Positions 10,512 through 20,088 of a stretch of DNA of 64,000 nt are shown one piece after another. A program made the translations under genes and the position numbers. Below the pieces are notes generated by a model. The model saw only the letters and a program-made list of their open reading frames with translations. It ran no database searches and was not told where the DNA came from. The stretch is from contig CAWDBC010000013.1 of the NCBI GenBank assembly GCA_963800515.1, forward strand, positions 19,990 to 83,989, in the 5' to 3' direction. Source of the DNA: an uncultured Thermoleophilia bacterium. Lineage in GTDB: Bacteria > Actinomycetota > Thermoleophilia > Gaiellales > F1-60-MAGs149. The first letter of the stretch is position 1. Every line of letters begins with the position of its first letter.

Positions 10512-11430
10512 CGTGCGCCGTCACCTCGTCGCCGGCGCGCCGCGTCTGTCCGCAGGTAGTAGAGCATCAGGAAGAGCAGGAGCACGGAGAGGATGATCGT
10601 GAGCATCGCGCCGACCGTCTTCTGCGGAGCCCTGGCGGACGAACAGGTCGATCTGGTTGCCGAACATGTTGGTCCGGGGCGAGGCCGAGATCAGGTCGGC
10701 GGTGTAGTAGTCGCCGAACATCGGCAGCGCGATCAGGACCGTCCCCGAGAGGAGGCCCGGGACGGACATCGGGAGCGTGACCCGCAGGAACGCCGAGAGC
10801 GGGTTGCCGCCGAGGTCCCGGGCCGCCTCGATCTGCCGCTGGTCGATCCGGTCGAGCGCCGCGTAGAGCGGCAGGAGGAGGAACGGGATGTAGCCGTAGA
10901 CGAGGGCCAGCGACGACCGAGGAGGGCTGCCCGTCGAGCCAGCCGCCGCCGGGCGACAGCAGGTGCAGCTGGCGGAAGAGCCACTCGATCCCGGTGTCGT
11001 GGAGGAACGTCGCGCCCCAGCCGCCCGGCGAGAGGAGGTTGATCCAGGCCAGCATCCGCATCAGGTAGTTGATCCAGAACGGCAGCACGAGGCCGACGAG
11101 GAGGGCACCGCGCCAGCGGCCGCTGTGGCGCGCCGTGTAGTAGGCGACGGGATAGCCGACGAGGATCGAGAGGACGATCGCGATCGCCACATAGAGGATG
11201 GTCCGCAGGAGGACCTTGAGGAACGCGCCGTTGTGCCAGAAGTTGCGGAGCGTCTCGATCGCGTAGCCGACGTTCCAGTCGAGGGGGTTCCAGAACGGGA
11301 TCGGCTGGGCGACCGTGTTCTGGTTGCCGAGCGCCACGCAGACGACGGCGTACATCGCGACGAGGAAGAAGAGCGAGAGCCAGGCGACCCCCGGGATCGC
11401 CAGGAGCCGCCAGGTCCACCGGGACTCCAC
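10508..11430 (-). CDS. potB: PotB-like ABC permease (frameshifted)
   Basis: VGYPVAY, LPFWINYLMRMLAW, PMFGDY; 3' end approximate. Confidence 0.82.
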
Positions 11431-11433
11431 CCC

Positions 11434-12790
11434 TCAGCCCGCCTTGAACGCCGACCAGGCGTCCTGCCAGAGCTTGTCGCCGCTCGCCGTGAGCGCCAGG
11501 AGCTCCTGGTTGTTCGAGAACTGCTCCGGCGAGAGGACCGCCGTGGAGAGCGACTTCGGGATCAGCCCCTGCTTGACGAGGGTGGCGCCGTCGATGGTGT
11601 TCTGCGGCGGCGTGTAGCCGACGAAGTCGGTGAAGTTGGCGTACGCGTTCTTCTCGTCGAGCATGAAGTTGATGAACGCGTGGGCGAGCGCGGGGCGGGG
11701 CGACGACTTCGTGATCATGAACATGTCGTTCTGGAAGACGCCGTTCTTCTCGGGGCCCCAGAACGACATCACCGACGGCTTGACGCCCTTCGGCATGTAG
11801 TAGAGGGCGGCGCCGACCGCGTCGCCCGACCAGCAGTGGTGGAGCCAGGACTTGGCCTGAGGAACGGTCTGGTACTCGGTGATGTCGACCTTCACGTCGC
11901 AGATCCCGACGAGCTGGGTCAGGTCCTTGCCCGCCTTCGCCACGAGCTTCGGGTCCTCGGTGTTCAGGTCGGGGCGCACGCCCGTGCGCATGGCGTCGCG
12001 CTGCATGGGCATCGACAGGCGAGTCGCGGTCGTCGTCGAGGATGCCGACCTTGCCGCGCCAGGGCTTGCGACTCCCAGAAGATGTCCCAGGGCACCTTCA
12101 TCCCGGCGATGTCCTCGCGGATCTTGTCGTTCCGCCAGAGGATGCCGTCGAGCCAGACGACGTACGGGATCGTGTAGCGCGACCCCAGGTCGTACCAGGG
12201 ATCCTGGAGGACCGGCCAGACGTTCTTCAGGTTCGTCAGGTAGGAGTGGTTGAGCGGCGGCAGCAGGCGCTGCGAGATGAAGCCGGCAGCACGCTCGCCG
12301 CAGAGCCCGATGACGACGTCGAACGCCACCTGGCCCGAGGACGAGCTTGGCGAGCGCCTCGTCGCTCGAGTTGTAGGTCGCGACCTGCACCTTGCAGCCG
12401 TACTGCTTCTCGAACTTCTTGACGAGGCCGGGGAAGATGTAGTCGGCGTAGTTGTAGACCCGGAGCGTCCCGCCCTCGGGCTTGACGGCCGTCGGGGATC
12501 GGCTGGTTGTCGTCGAGGATCGCCCAGGTGACGCTGTTGTCGGGCCGCGGGAGCGGCAGCGCCGCCGGGCCGAGCGGCTTGGCCACCACGAACGAGGCGG
12601 CCTGGGCGCTCTCGCCACCGCCGTTGTCGCAGGCGCCGACGGGCGTCGTCGTGTATCGGCGCAGCCGGCTGAGCGCGCCCAGCGCGCCGCGCGCCGAGCG
12701 CGACGCCCCGCCGCGCCCTGGAGGAGCCTGCGCCGCGGAACTCCGATCCCGAGGGCGTCCGTGGGCCGATTCCGCACGTCGATGGCTCAT
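11434..12790 (-). CDS. potD: PotD/PotF-like substrate-binding lipoprotein with Tat-type signal (frameshifted)
   Basis: RRRLLQGA twin-Arg motif, LRVYNYADYI, DPWYDLGSRYTIPY, CWSGD, AHAFINFML. Confidence 0.8.
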
Positions 12791-12791
12791 G

Positions 12792-14949
12792 TCAAGGTGC
12801 GCGCGCGCCCGGCCATCGGCCTCCGGCCGGTGGACGACCGACGCGGAACCAGTCGCGCCCGGACCCTCGTCGAGGACGACGCAGGCGTCGAGGCGCGCCC
12901 GCCGCGGCGACGCGCGCAGCGGGTTGACCTCGATCTCGGCGAGCTCGGGCAGGCCGCACAGCGATGTCGCCGAGCGCCACGGCGACCCGCGCCACCGCAT
13001 CGACGTCGACCGCGGGGGCGCCCCGCGCTCCGGCGAGCAGCGGCGCCGCGCGCAGCCCGCGCAGCAGGCCGGGCGACGTGCTCCGGGGTCGGCCGGCGCG
13101 AGCGCGACCGCGACGTCGTCGAGCACCTCGGCGAGGACCCGCCCGCGCCGACGAGGATGACCGGGCCGAGCAGCGGGTCGCGGCTGGGCGCCGACGATCA
13201 GGTCGAGACCCGGCGCGGCCATCCGCTCGACGAAGACCCCGTCGCGCCGCCTCGCCGCCCGCGGCCGGTCAGGCGCGCGGCCGCGGCCTCGGCGTCGTCG
13301 GCGGGCGCGACGCCGAGCACCACGCCGCCCGGCATCGGTCTTGTGCAGCAGCGTCGGGGCTGACGAGCTTGAGCACGAGCCGCCCGCCGAGCGCCCGCGC
13401 GGCCGGCGGCTCGGCCTCGGCCGGGCTCGCGGCCAGGCCGCCCTCGGCGAGGGCGATGCCGCAGGCGGCGACGAGCGCCCGGCGCCTCGACGTAGCCCGG
13501 CCGCGGCCGAGACCACGGCGGGCGGCGCCGCGGCGGCGCGGGCGGCGACGGGGCGCCACGCGCGCGCGGCAGGCGCGCGAGGGCCGCGACGGCCGCGTCC
13601 AGCCGCGGGTAGACGGGCACGCCGGCGGCGCGCAGGGCCGGGATGCCCGGCACGGGGCGGTGCAGGTGCATCGTGTGCACGAGCAGCGGCTTGCCGGCGG
13701 CCGCAGCGGCGCGCGCCAGGCGCTGGCCGGCCGTCGGCCTCCTCAGGGCCCGAGGGCGTGGGTCGTTGTCCCCGTAGCCGCCGAAGTAGCCGGTCAGCAG
13801 CAGCGACTCGATCGGCGGGGTCGGCCAGCAGCCCCTCGCCGATGCGGGCGAAGGAGTGCACGTCGCGCTCGCCGGCGCCGGCCAGGTCGAGCGGGTTGCC
13901 GCGCGATGCCGGTCGGGATCTCGCGCGCACGAGGCTGGCGACCGTCGCCGCGCGATGGGGCGCGGCAGCTCCAGCCCGGCGTCGATCAGCAGGTCGGCCG
14001 CGATCGCCGGTTGCCGCCGCCGTCGGACATGACGGCCACCCGCCGGCCGCCGACCGCCGCGGGCGTGCACGAGCGCCGCGGCCGCGTCGGCCAGCTCGCC
14101 CATCGAGCGCACGAGCCGCGCGCCGGCGTCGCGCAGCGCGGCCTCGAGCACGCGCCAGGGCGCGGCCAGCGCGCCCGTGTGCGAGGCCGCGGCGCCGCGC
14201 CGGCCTGCCGAGCGGCCGGCGGCGAGCACGAGCACCGGCTTGCGCGCGGCACCGGCGCACCGCGTCGATCAGCCGCGGCCCTCGCGCAGTGTCCTCGACG
14301 TAGCAGCCGGCGACGAGGTCGCGCTCGTGCTCCGCGGTCGATGGCCAGCACGTCGGCGACGCTCACGTCGCTCGCGTTGCCCAGCGAGGCGAGCCGGCTG
14401 AAGCCGAGCCCGTGCTTCTGCAGCAGGCCGCCGAGCTCGATGGCCAGGTTGCCGCTCTGGGCCACGAAGGCCACCGGCCCGGGCGCGAGCGTCATGCCGA
14501 TGCGCGTTCAGGCTTCGCGGCCGCCTCGTAGACGCCCATGCAGTTCGGCCCGACCAGCAGCCCGCCCGCCGGCTGCACGCGCTCGGACGAGCCGCCGCTG
14601 CGCCTCGCGCCCCCGCTCGCCGGTCTCGGCGAAGCCGGCCGCGACGGCCACGAAGGCGCGCGACGCCGGCCGCGAGACCCTCCTCGACGGCGCCTTCGGT
14701 CGCGCGCGCCGGGATCGCGAGCACCGCGAGGTCGCAGCCGGGCGGCACGTCGCGCAGGCTCGCGTGCACGGGACGGCCGTCGATCTCGCCGCCGCGCCGG
14801 TTGACGAGGTGCAGGTCGAAGCGCGCCTCGGGCTGCGACAGCGTCTGCACGAGCCAGGTGCCCCAGGCCATCGGGTCCGCGCTCGCGCCGACGACGGCGA
14901 CGCCGCGTGGCTCGAACAGGGCTCGCAGGTCGCGGTCGCCGGCCGTCAC
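12792..14949 (-). CDS. Acetate--CoA ligase family (ADP-forming acyl-CoA synthetase, fused alpha/beta; heavily frameshifted)
   Basis: LFEPRGVAVVGAS, VAFVAQSGN, ASLGNASDV, AASHTGALA (phospho-His), GNPLDLAG, VLKL...HKTD, EIEVNPL. Confidence 0.85.
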
Positions 14950-16155
14950 GCGGGCAGAACGCTAGCGGGCGCGGGAGCCAGCATCGCCTCCACCCCCCGC
15001 CGCTCGAGCCCGCGCGCGACGATCAGGCGCTGGATCTCGCTCGTCCCCTCCCAGATGCGGTCGACGCGCAGCTCGCGCAGGAAGCGCTCCGCCACGTTGG
15101 TGCGCACGTAGCCGCGGCCGCCGAAGACCTGCACGCAGCGATCGGCGCAGCGGTAGGCGGCCTCCGACGCGAAGCAGCTTGGCGGCCGAGGCGCGGGCGT
15201 GCACGAGCTTCGGGTCGGCGCCCTCGTCGGCGAGCTGGGCGACGTCGTAGGTGAGCAGGCGCGCCGGCGGCGCAGTCGGCGGCGGAGTCGGCGAGCGGGA
15301 AGCTCACGCCCTGGTGGTCGAGGATGCGCTCGCCCGAACTGCCGCGTTCGATCGCCCAGGCGGTCGTCTCCGCGATCAGCCGCCGCATCGCGCCCGACGC
15401 AGCGGGCGGCGATGTGGATGCGCTCCTCGACGAACCACGCGTTCTGCTGCTCGCTGCCGCGGCCGATCATCTCCGGGCCGCCGACCACCGCGTCGGCGCC
15501 GGCGTCGGACGTCGAAGCGGATGGTCGGGATGACCGTGGGGATAGCTGTGCGTGAACGGCGGGTCGTCGACGAACTCGATGCCCTCGCTGCCGGCGTCGA
15601 CGAAGAAGAGCGTCGGGCGGCGCTCGCCGTCGGCGCCGACGACGTCGACCATGACGACGAAGACGTGCGCGACGTCGCCCGAGGTGACGAACCACTTCTC
15701 CGTCCGGATCCGGTAGCCGTCGCCCTCGGGGACGGCCGTCCCCTCGATCGCCGAGGGATCCGAGCCGGCCTCGGCCTCGGTCACGGCGTAGGCGTCGTTG
15801 AGCGTGCCGGCGAGCGCGGCATCAGGTACCGCTCGATCTGCTCGGGCGTGCCCATCGAGAGGACGTTGTAGCCGCTCTCGGAGTGCCACCAGATGCCGTT
15901 GGTGTTGCGGCCGAGCTCCTCCTGGACGAGCGCCTGCTCGAGCACGCACCAGCCCTGGCCCCCGTGCTCCGCCGGGTGGTGGCCGCCGGTCAGGCCGAGG
16001 CGCCGCGCCGCCGCGGCGACCTCGGCCGCGACGCCCTCCGGCAGGCGGCCGTGGGCCCGCTCGGCCCGCTCCTCGAGGGGGATAGCCGTCTCGTCGACGA
16101 ATCGGGCCGCGCGGCGCCGCAGGTCCTCCTGCGCGGCTGTCAGCGAGAGAGCCAT
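14946..16155 (-). CDS. Acyl-CoA dehydrogenase (frameshifted)
   Basis: AYAVTEAEAGSD, EKWFVTSG, HQGVSFPLADS, VQVFGGRGY, RVDRIWEGTSEIQRLIVAR. Confidence 0.9.
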
Positions 16156-16500
16156 GCGTCCTCCCGGCCGGCGAGCACGGCGAGGCGCCCGCCCTCCGAC
16201 CGATCCGGCTCCCGCAACCCGGGCACGCCGGGCGCGAGCAGGTGCTGCTCGAGGAGCACCTGGGCGAGCCGGCGGCAGAGCGCCTCGTCCGCTCCCGCCC
16301 GGACGGCTGCCTCCAGGCGACGCCGGCAGTCGCGGAGGAACGCGAACCAGCGCTCGGGGTCGTCCTGGCCGATCAGCTCGTCGATCCGTTCGCGCTCCGC
16401 GCCGCCGGCCGGCGCCAGGAGCTCCATCAGCCCCGGGACCTCGCGCTCGACCTCGGGTGTGAGGAAGAGCCAGGCGGCCCGCTCGTCCGAACGGTGCCAG
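16140..16500 (-). CDS. Hypothetical helical protein (~95-120 aa; start uncertain)
   Basis: Frame with normal codon usage (AAWLFLTPEVEREVPGLMELL...ERWFAFLRDC...LLEQHLLA) fills the gap between the Rieske stop and the acyl-CoA dehydrogenase start. First in-frame ATG is at 16427. Confidence 0.55.
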
Positions 16501-16504
16501 CGCC

Positions 16505-17627
16505 TCAGCCGGGGTCGATGCCGGGCACCGCGGCCCGCAGCTGCTCGTGGAAGTGGCGGACGCCGGCCTCGTTGACGTTGAGGACGCCCCGGTCGTAGGT
16601 GAGCGACTCGAGCCCCCGCTGGACGCCGTCGCAGAGCTCGACGTCCTCGTCCATCACGAGCGTGTTGATCGTCGTCGAGAGGCGGCGGACGAGGCGGTTG
16701 CGGAGCGACTCGCCGGCCGGCCGGTAGACGACGGAGACTGCGCGGGTGCGGCGAAGGCCGACCGGCTCGAGCGCCCAGGTGTCGATCGAGTCCGGATAGA
16801 TGTCGAGGAACGTGGACGGCCACAGGTGGACGTAGGTCCACGCCCCGGCGAGCTCCGGCGGAAAGCCCGGCATCGGCGTCCGCAGGCGCTGGTAGACGCG
16901 CTCGCGGCGGTCGCGGGAGCGCTTCTCGCGAAAGGGCCCGTCGATCCACGTGTAGCGGGTGCCGGGCGTCGGCCTCGTAGCGCTTGTAGTCGAGGAGGCG
17001 GAGGAGCCCGGGGTGGCCGACCGGGATGTGGTAGCCCTCGAGGTAGTTGTCGGCGATGACCTTCCAGTTGTGATCGTACGTCGCCACCTGCGGCTCGGCG
17101 GGTACGAGCGCGGGAAGCGGGAGGCGGGCGAGTCGCTCCCCGAGGTCGCCGAAGTACGTCTCCAGCGGCTCCGTCTCCTCGTCGAGGCAGACGAAGACGA
17201 GCCCGGCGAGCTCGCCGACGCGGAAGCGCGGCAGGCGGACCGCGTCGCGGTCCAGGTCGTCGAAGCCACGGGCCTCGGGGACGGCGGCGAGCTGGCCGTC
17301 CTGGCGGTAGGTCCAGCCGTGGTACGGACAGCGCAGCACCTTGGGGCAGCTGCCGGCTCCGGCCAGGATCGTCGAGGCCCGGTGCCGGCAGACGTTGGAG
17401 AGCGCCCGCAGGACGCCGTCCGAGGCGCCGCGGAGGACCGCGACCGGCTCGCCGGCGATGCTCGTCGTCGCGAAGCTGCCGGGAGCCTCGACCTGCGAGG
17501 CGTGGCAGGCGAGCTGCCAGGCGCGCGCGAAGACCTCGCGCCGCTCGCGCTCGAGGATCCCGGGGTCCGTGTAGGCGCTGGCCGGGAGTGTCGTCGCCGG
17601 CCGGAGCCGCGTCGGGCTGGCGGTCAT
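16505..17627 (-). CDS. Rieske non-heme iron oxygenase alpha subunit, CntA/choline-monooxygenase-like (one frameshift near 16965)
   Basis: TLPASAYTD, NVCRHRA...CPYHGW Rieske motif, NWKVIADNYLEGYHIPVGH iron site with bridging Glu, EDVELCDGVQRG. Confidence 0.9.
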
Positions 17628-18223
17628 CCGATCACCCGATCCGCGCGCCGGCCGGCGCCGAGCACGGTGACGACCGAGTCGTGGAGGAGCGCCGCGGCCC
17701 GCCCGTGGTCCATCCCGCCGAGCACCACCTGCTGCGCGAGCCCGTCGAGCGTGGCGGCGAGGATGCGGGCGACGTCCTCGGTGTCCGCCGTCGAGACGAT
17801 CGAGCCGTCGGCCTTGCCGGCGTCGATCTCGGCCGCCAGGAGCTGCAGCCACAGCTCGTAGGAGGCGAGGGCCGGTTCGCGCAGGAAGGGGTTGAACATC
17901 GCCGCGCGCCAGACCTCGATCGAGATGACCCAGGTCTCGTGGAAGGCCGGCGAGTCCTCGAGGTAGACCGCGAGCAGCGCCTCCAGCCGCTCGGCGCCGG
18001 TGGCGAGGCCCTCCATGGCGCGGGCGGCGAGCACGTCCGCGGTCGCGTCCGTCCGCTCGAAGGTCCGGGCGAGGAGGTCGTCCCTGGTCGCCACGTAGTA
18101 GTGGACCAGGGCCGTCGAGACGCCGGCCTCACGGGCCACGTCGGACATCCTGAGCGCGTCCACCCCCTCGCGGGCGATCACGCGCGCCGCGGCGTCGAGC
18201 AGATCATCGATGCGACTCGTCAT
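17624..18223 (-). CDS. TetR-family transcriptional regulator (BetI-like C-terminus)
   Basis: LLDAAARVIAREG...MSDVAREAGVSTALVHYY HTH; LAATLDGL; ATGA-coupled to the Rieske gene. Confidence 0.92.
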   Translation of the reverse strand: MTSRIDDLLDAAARVIAREGVDALRMSDVAREAGVSTALVHYYVATRDDLLARTFERTDATADVLAARAMEGLATGAERLEALLAVYLEDSPAFHETWVISIEVWRAAMFNPFLREPALASYELWLQLLAAEIDAGKADGSIVSTADTEDVARILAATLDGLAQQVVLGGMDHGRAAALLHDSVVTVLGAGRRADRVIG

Positions 18224-18235
18224 CTCTCCCTCACC

Positions 18236-18259
18236 GTTTGACTGACTCGTCAGTCAAAC
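18236..18259. promoter_or_regulatory. Perfect 11-bp inverted repeat, probable TetR operator over divergent promoters
   Basis: GTTTGACTGAC-TC-GTCAGTCAAAC in the 50-bp gap between tetR and the amine oxidase; contains a TTGACT -35-like hexamer. Confidence 0.8.
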
Positions 18260-18273
18260 CTCATACTAGCGCA

Positions 18274-19581
18274 GTGCAGCACGCCGACGTCGTCGTCCTC
18301 GGAGCGGGTCTCGCCGGCCTCGCGTGCGCCCGGGACCTCGTCGCGGCCGGCGCCGACGTCGTCCTTCTCGAGGCGCGGGAGGCGGTCGGCGGGCGCACGC
18401 CCCGGGTGGAGGTCGGGGGCAGGTCCGTCGACGGCGGGGGCGAGCTCGTCGGGCTCTTCATGGCGCCCATCGTGGAGCTCGCCGGCGAGCTCGGCCTGGA
18501 GCTCGAGGAATCGCAGACGGCGCTCCCCGGCGACACCGTCTACCTGGTGGACGGCCGCCGTGTGGCCGGTCAGGCCGACGACCTGATCGGCGCGAGCGGC
18601 CGCCGCTCCTACGAGGCCTACGAGCGACGGCTCGCGGAGCTGGCCGCCGGCTTCGACCCGGTGCGGCCGTGGGCGCACCCCGACGCGTCCGAGCTCGATG
18701 CGCTTTCGGTGGTCGATCACGCCCGTCGCCTCGGCGCCGACGACGCGGCGGTCGGGATGATCCGCCTGCACCACCTGTCGCTCTCGATCGACGCCCCCGA
18801 GCGGACGAGTGCGCTCGCGGAGGTCCGCAAGTACGCGGCCGGCGGCCGCTACGACTACGCCGCCTGGGAGTCGCACCGCGTCGCCGGCGGGACCTTCCAG
18901 CTCGCCGAGCGGATGGCGGACGGGCTCCACGACCGGATCCGCCTCGGCGCGCCCGTCACCCGGATCGCGCGCGTCCCGGGCGGCGTCCGGGTGCAGCTCG
19001 GAAGCGGCGCCCAGGTCGAAGCCGACGCCTGCGTCTCGACGATCCCCGGCGGAGTGCTGCACGGGGTCGTCCTCGAGGGGCTGTCCGAGCCGCGCCTCCG
19101 GGCGCTCCGCCGCCTCCGGCAGGCGCGGGCGGCGAAGGTCGTGGCGGTCTACGAGTCGTCCTTCTGGCGGCGGGCCGGCCTGACCGGGCTGTCCTACTCG
19201 GACGGCGTCGTCGGCTCGACCTGGGAGCAGCGTCCCGGGGTCCTCTCGGCGCTGGTGCCGCCGGAGCGGCTCGGCTACTTCGGGGCGATGAGCGACGAGC
19301 GCCGGCGCGCCGAGGCGCTCGACCACTTCGAGGCGCTCTTCGGGGACGAGGCGCGGACGCCGCTCGGGATGTGGATCCGGCTCTGGGGGGAGGAGCCGTA
19401 CACCCGTGGCTACGTGACGCAGCACGGCCTCGGGGACCTGACGGCGATGGGCGACCTCCTCGCCGCCTCCGAGGGGCCGTTCCACGTCGCGGGGTCGGAC
19501 TTCGCCCGGGTGGCCGGGTACATGACGGGAGCCGTGGAGACGGGCCGCGCGGCGGCCTCGAGGGTGCTCGCCGGGAGCTGA
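18274..19581 (+). CDS. Flavin monoamine oxidase family protein
   Basis: DVVVLGAGLAGL, EAREAVGGR, DGGGE, WGEEPYTRG, HVAGSD...GYMTGAVETGRAAA. Confidence 0.9.
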   Translation: MQHADVVVLGAGLAGLACARDLVAAGADVVLLEAREAVGGRTPRVEVGGRSVDGGGELVGLFMAPIVELAGELGLELEESQTALPGDTVYLVDGRRVAGQADDLIGASGRRSYEAYERRLAELAAGFDPVRPWAHPDASELDALSVVDHARRLGADDAAVGMIRLHHLSLSIDAPERTSALAEVRKYAAGGRYDYAAWESHRVAGGTFQLAERMADGLHDRIRLGAPVTRIARVPGGVRVQLGSGAQVEADACVSTIPGGVLHGVVLEGLSEPRLRALRRLRQARAAKVVAVYESSFWRRAGLTGLSYSDGVVGSTWEQRPGVLSALVPPERLGYFGAMSDERRRAEALDHFEALFGDEARTPLGMWIRLWGEEPYTRGYVTQHGLGDLTAMGDLLAASEGPFHVAGSDFARVAGYMTGAVETGRAAASRVLAGS

Positions 19582-19686
19582 CGCGGGCTGCCGTGGCGGC
19601 CCGCCGCCGGCGCCGCGTCACCCGCACGCTGGCCGGGGGCGCCCCTGCGGCGGTTGAGTCGCGCCGCAGCGGGGGACGATGCGTCC

Positions 19687-19770
19687 ATGACCATCCTCTG
19701 GATCGTGATCATCGTCCTCATCGTCCTCTTCATCCTCGGCTACTTCGGCCGCGGCCGCATGGGGCGGTAG
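19687..19770 (+). CDS. 27-aa single-pass membrane microprotein
   Basis: MTILWIVIIVLIVLFILGYFGRGRMGR*. Every sense codon ends in G/C; GGGGGA lies upstream. Below the ORF-track size cutoff. Confidence 0.75.
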   Translation: MTILWIVIIVLIVLFILGYFGRGRMGR

Positions 19771-19845
19771 GCACGCCGCACCCGACCCGCGAGCCCCGGG
19801 GTCACGGTCGGGAAGGCTCGTTCGCCCCGGGTCGGGAAGAGGGCC

Positions 19846-20030
19846 GGTGGACCCGGGTGTGCCTTCGGTCCGGCGCGGAGACCAGACCCACGCGCGGTAG
19901 GCGACGAAGCGTCGGAGGTGCGGGAGGGTGTCGTCTGGATCGGACCCCGCGCGCCCAGGGCGTCATCGGCCCCGCCGAGGGCTGAGGTACGACGCCGGGG
20001 TGACGGGGACCGGCACCGCACAGGGTCGCC
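19846..20030 (+). ncRNA. Candidate structured RNA (three-way junction) in a convergent intergenic region
   Basis: Nested complementary segments read by eye: GACCC/GGGTC, GTGCC/GGCAC, GGTCC/GGACC enclosing hairpins 19873-19952 and 19959-19996. No family recognised. Confidence 0.3.
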
Positions 20031-20088
20031 GTCTCCCCCGGGTCGGCGCGCGTCGGGGACGACGAGGCGGGCCGGCGGGGCGGCCGGT

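Noticed and set aside
8500-16155. Mass pseudogenisation or programmed frameshifting
   Set aside because: Indels are numerous and scattered, lack slippery motifs, and catalytic motifs are intact; read error is more parsimonious.
16140-17852. 570-aa Rieske fusion ORF in the track
   Set aside because: Created by one indel near 16965; the true oxygenase C-terminus is in another frame ending at 16505.
19805-19890. Cobalamin riboswitch-like words (GGGAAGGC, GCCGGTG...TCCGGCGCGG, GGAGACC)
   Set aside because: Order is wrong, the CCCGC-x-ACTGT core is missing, and there is no downstream gene on that strand.
19825-20046. MITE bounded by an 11-bp direct repeat CCCCGGGTCGG
   Set aside because: No clean terminal inverted repeats, no second copy in the window, and such GC-rich words recur by chance.
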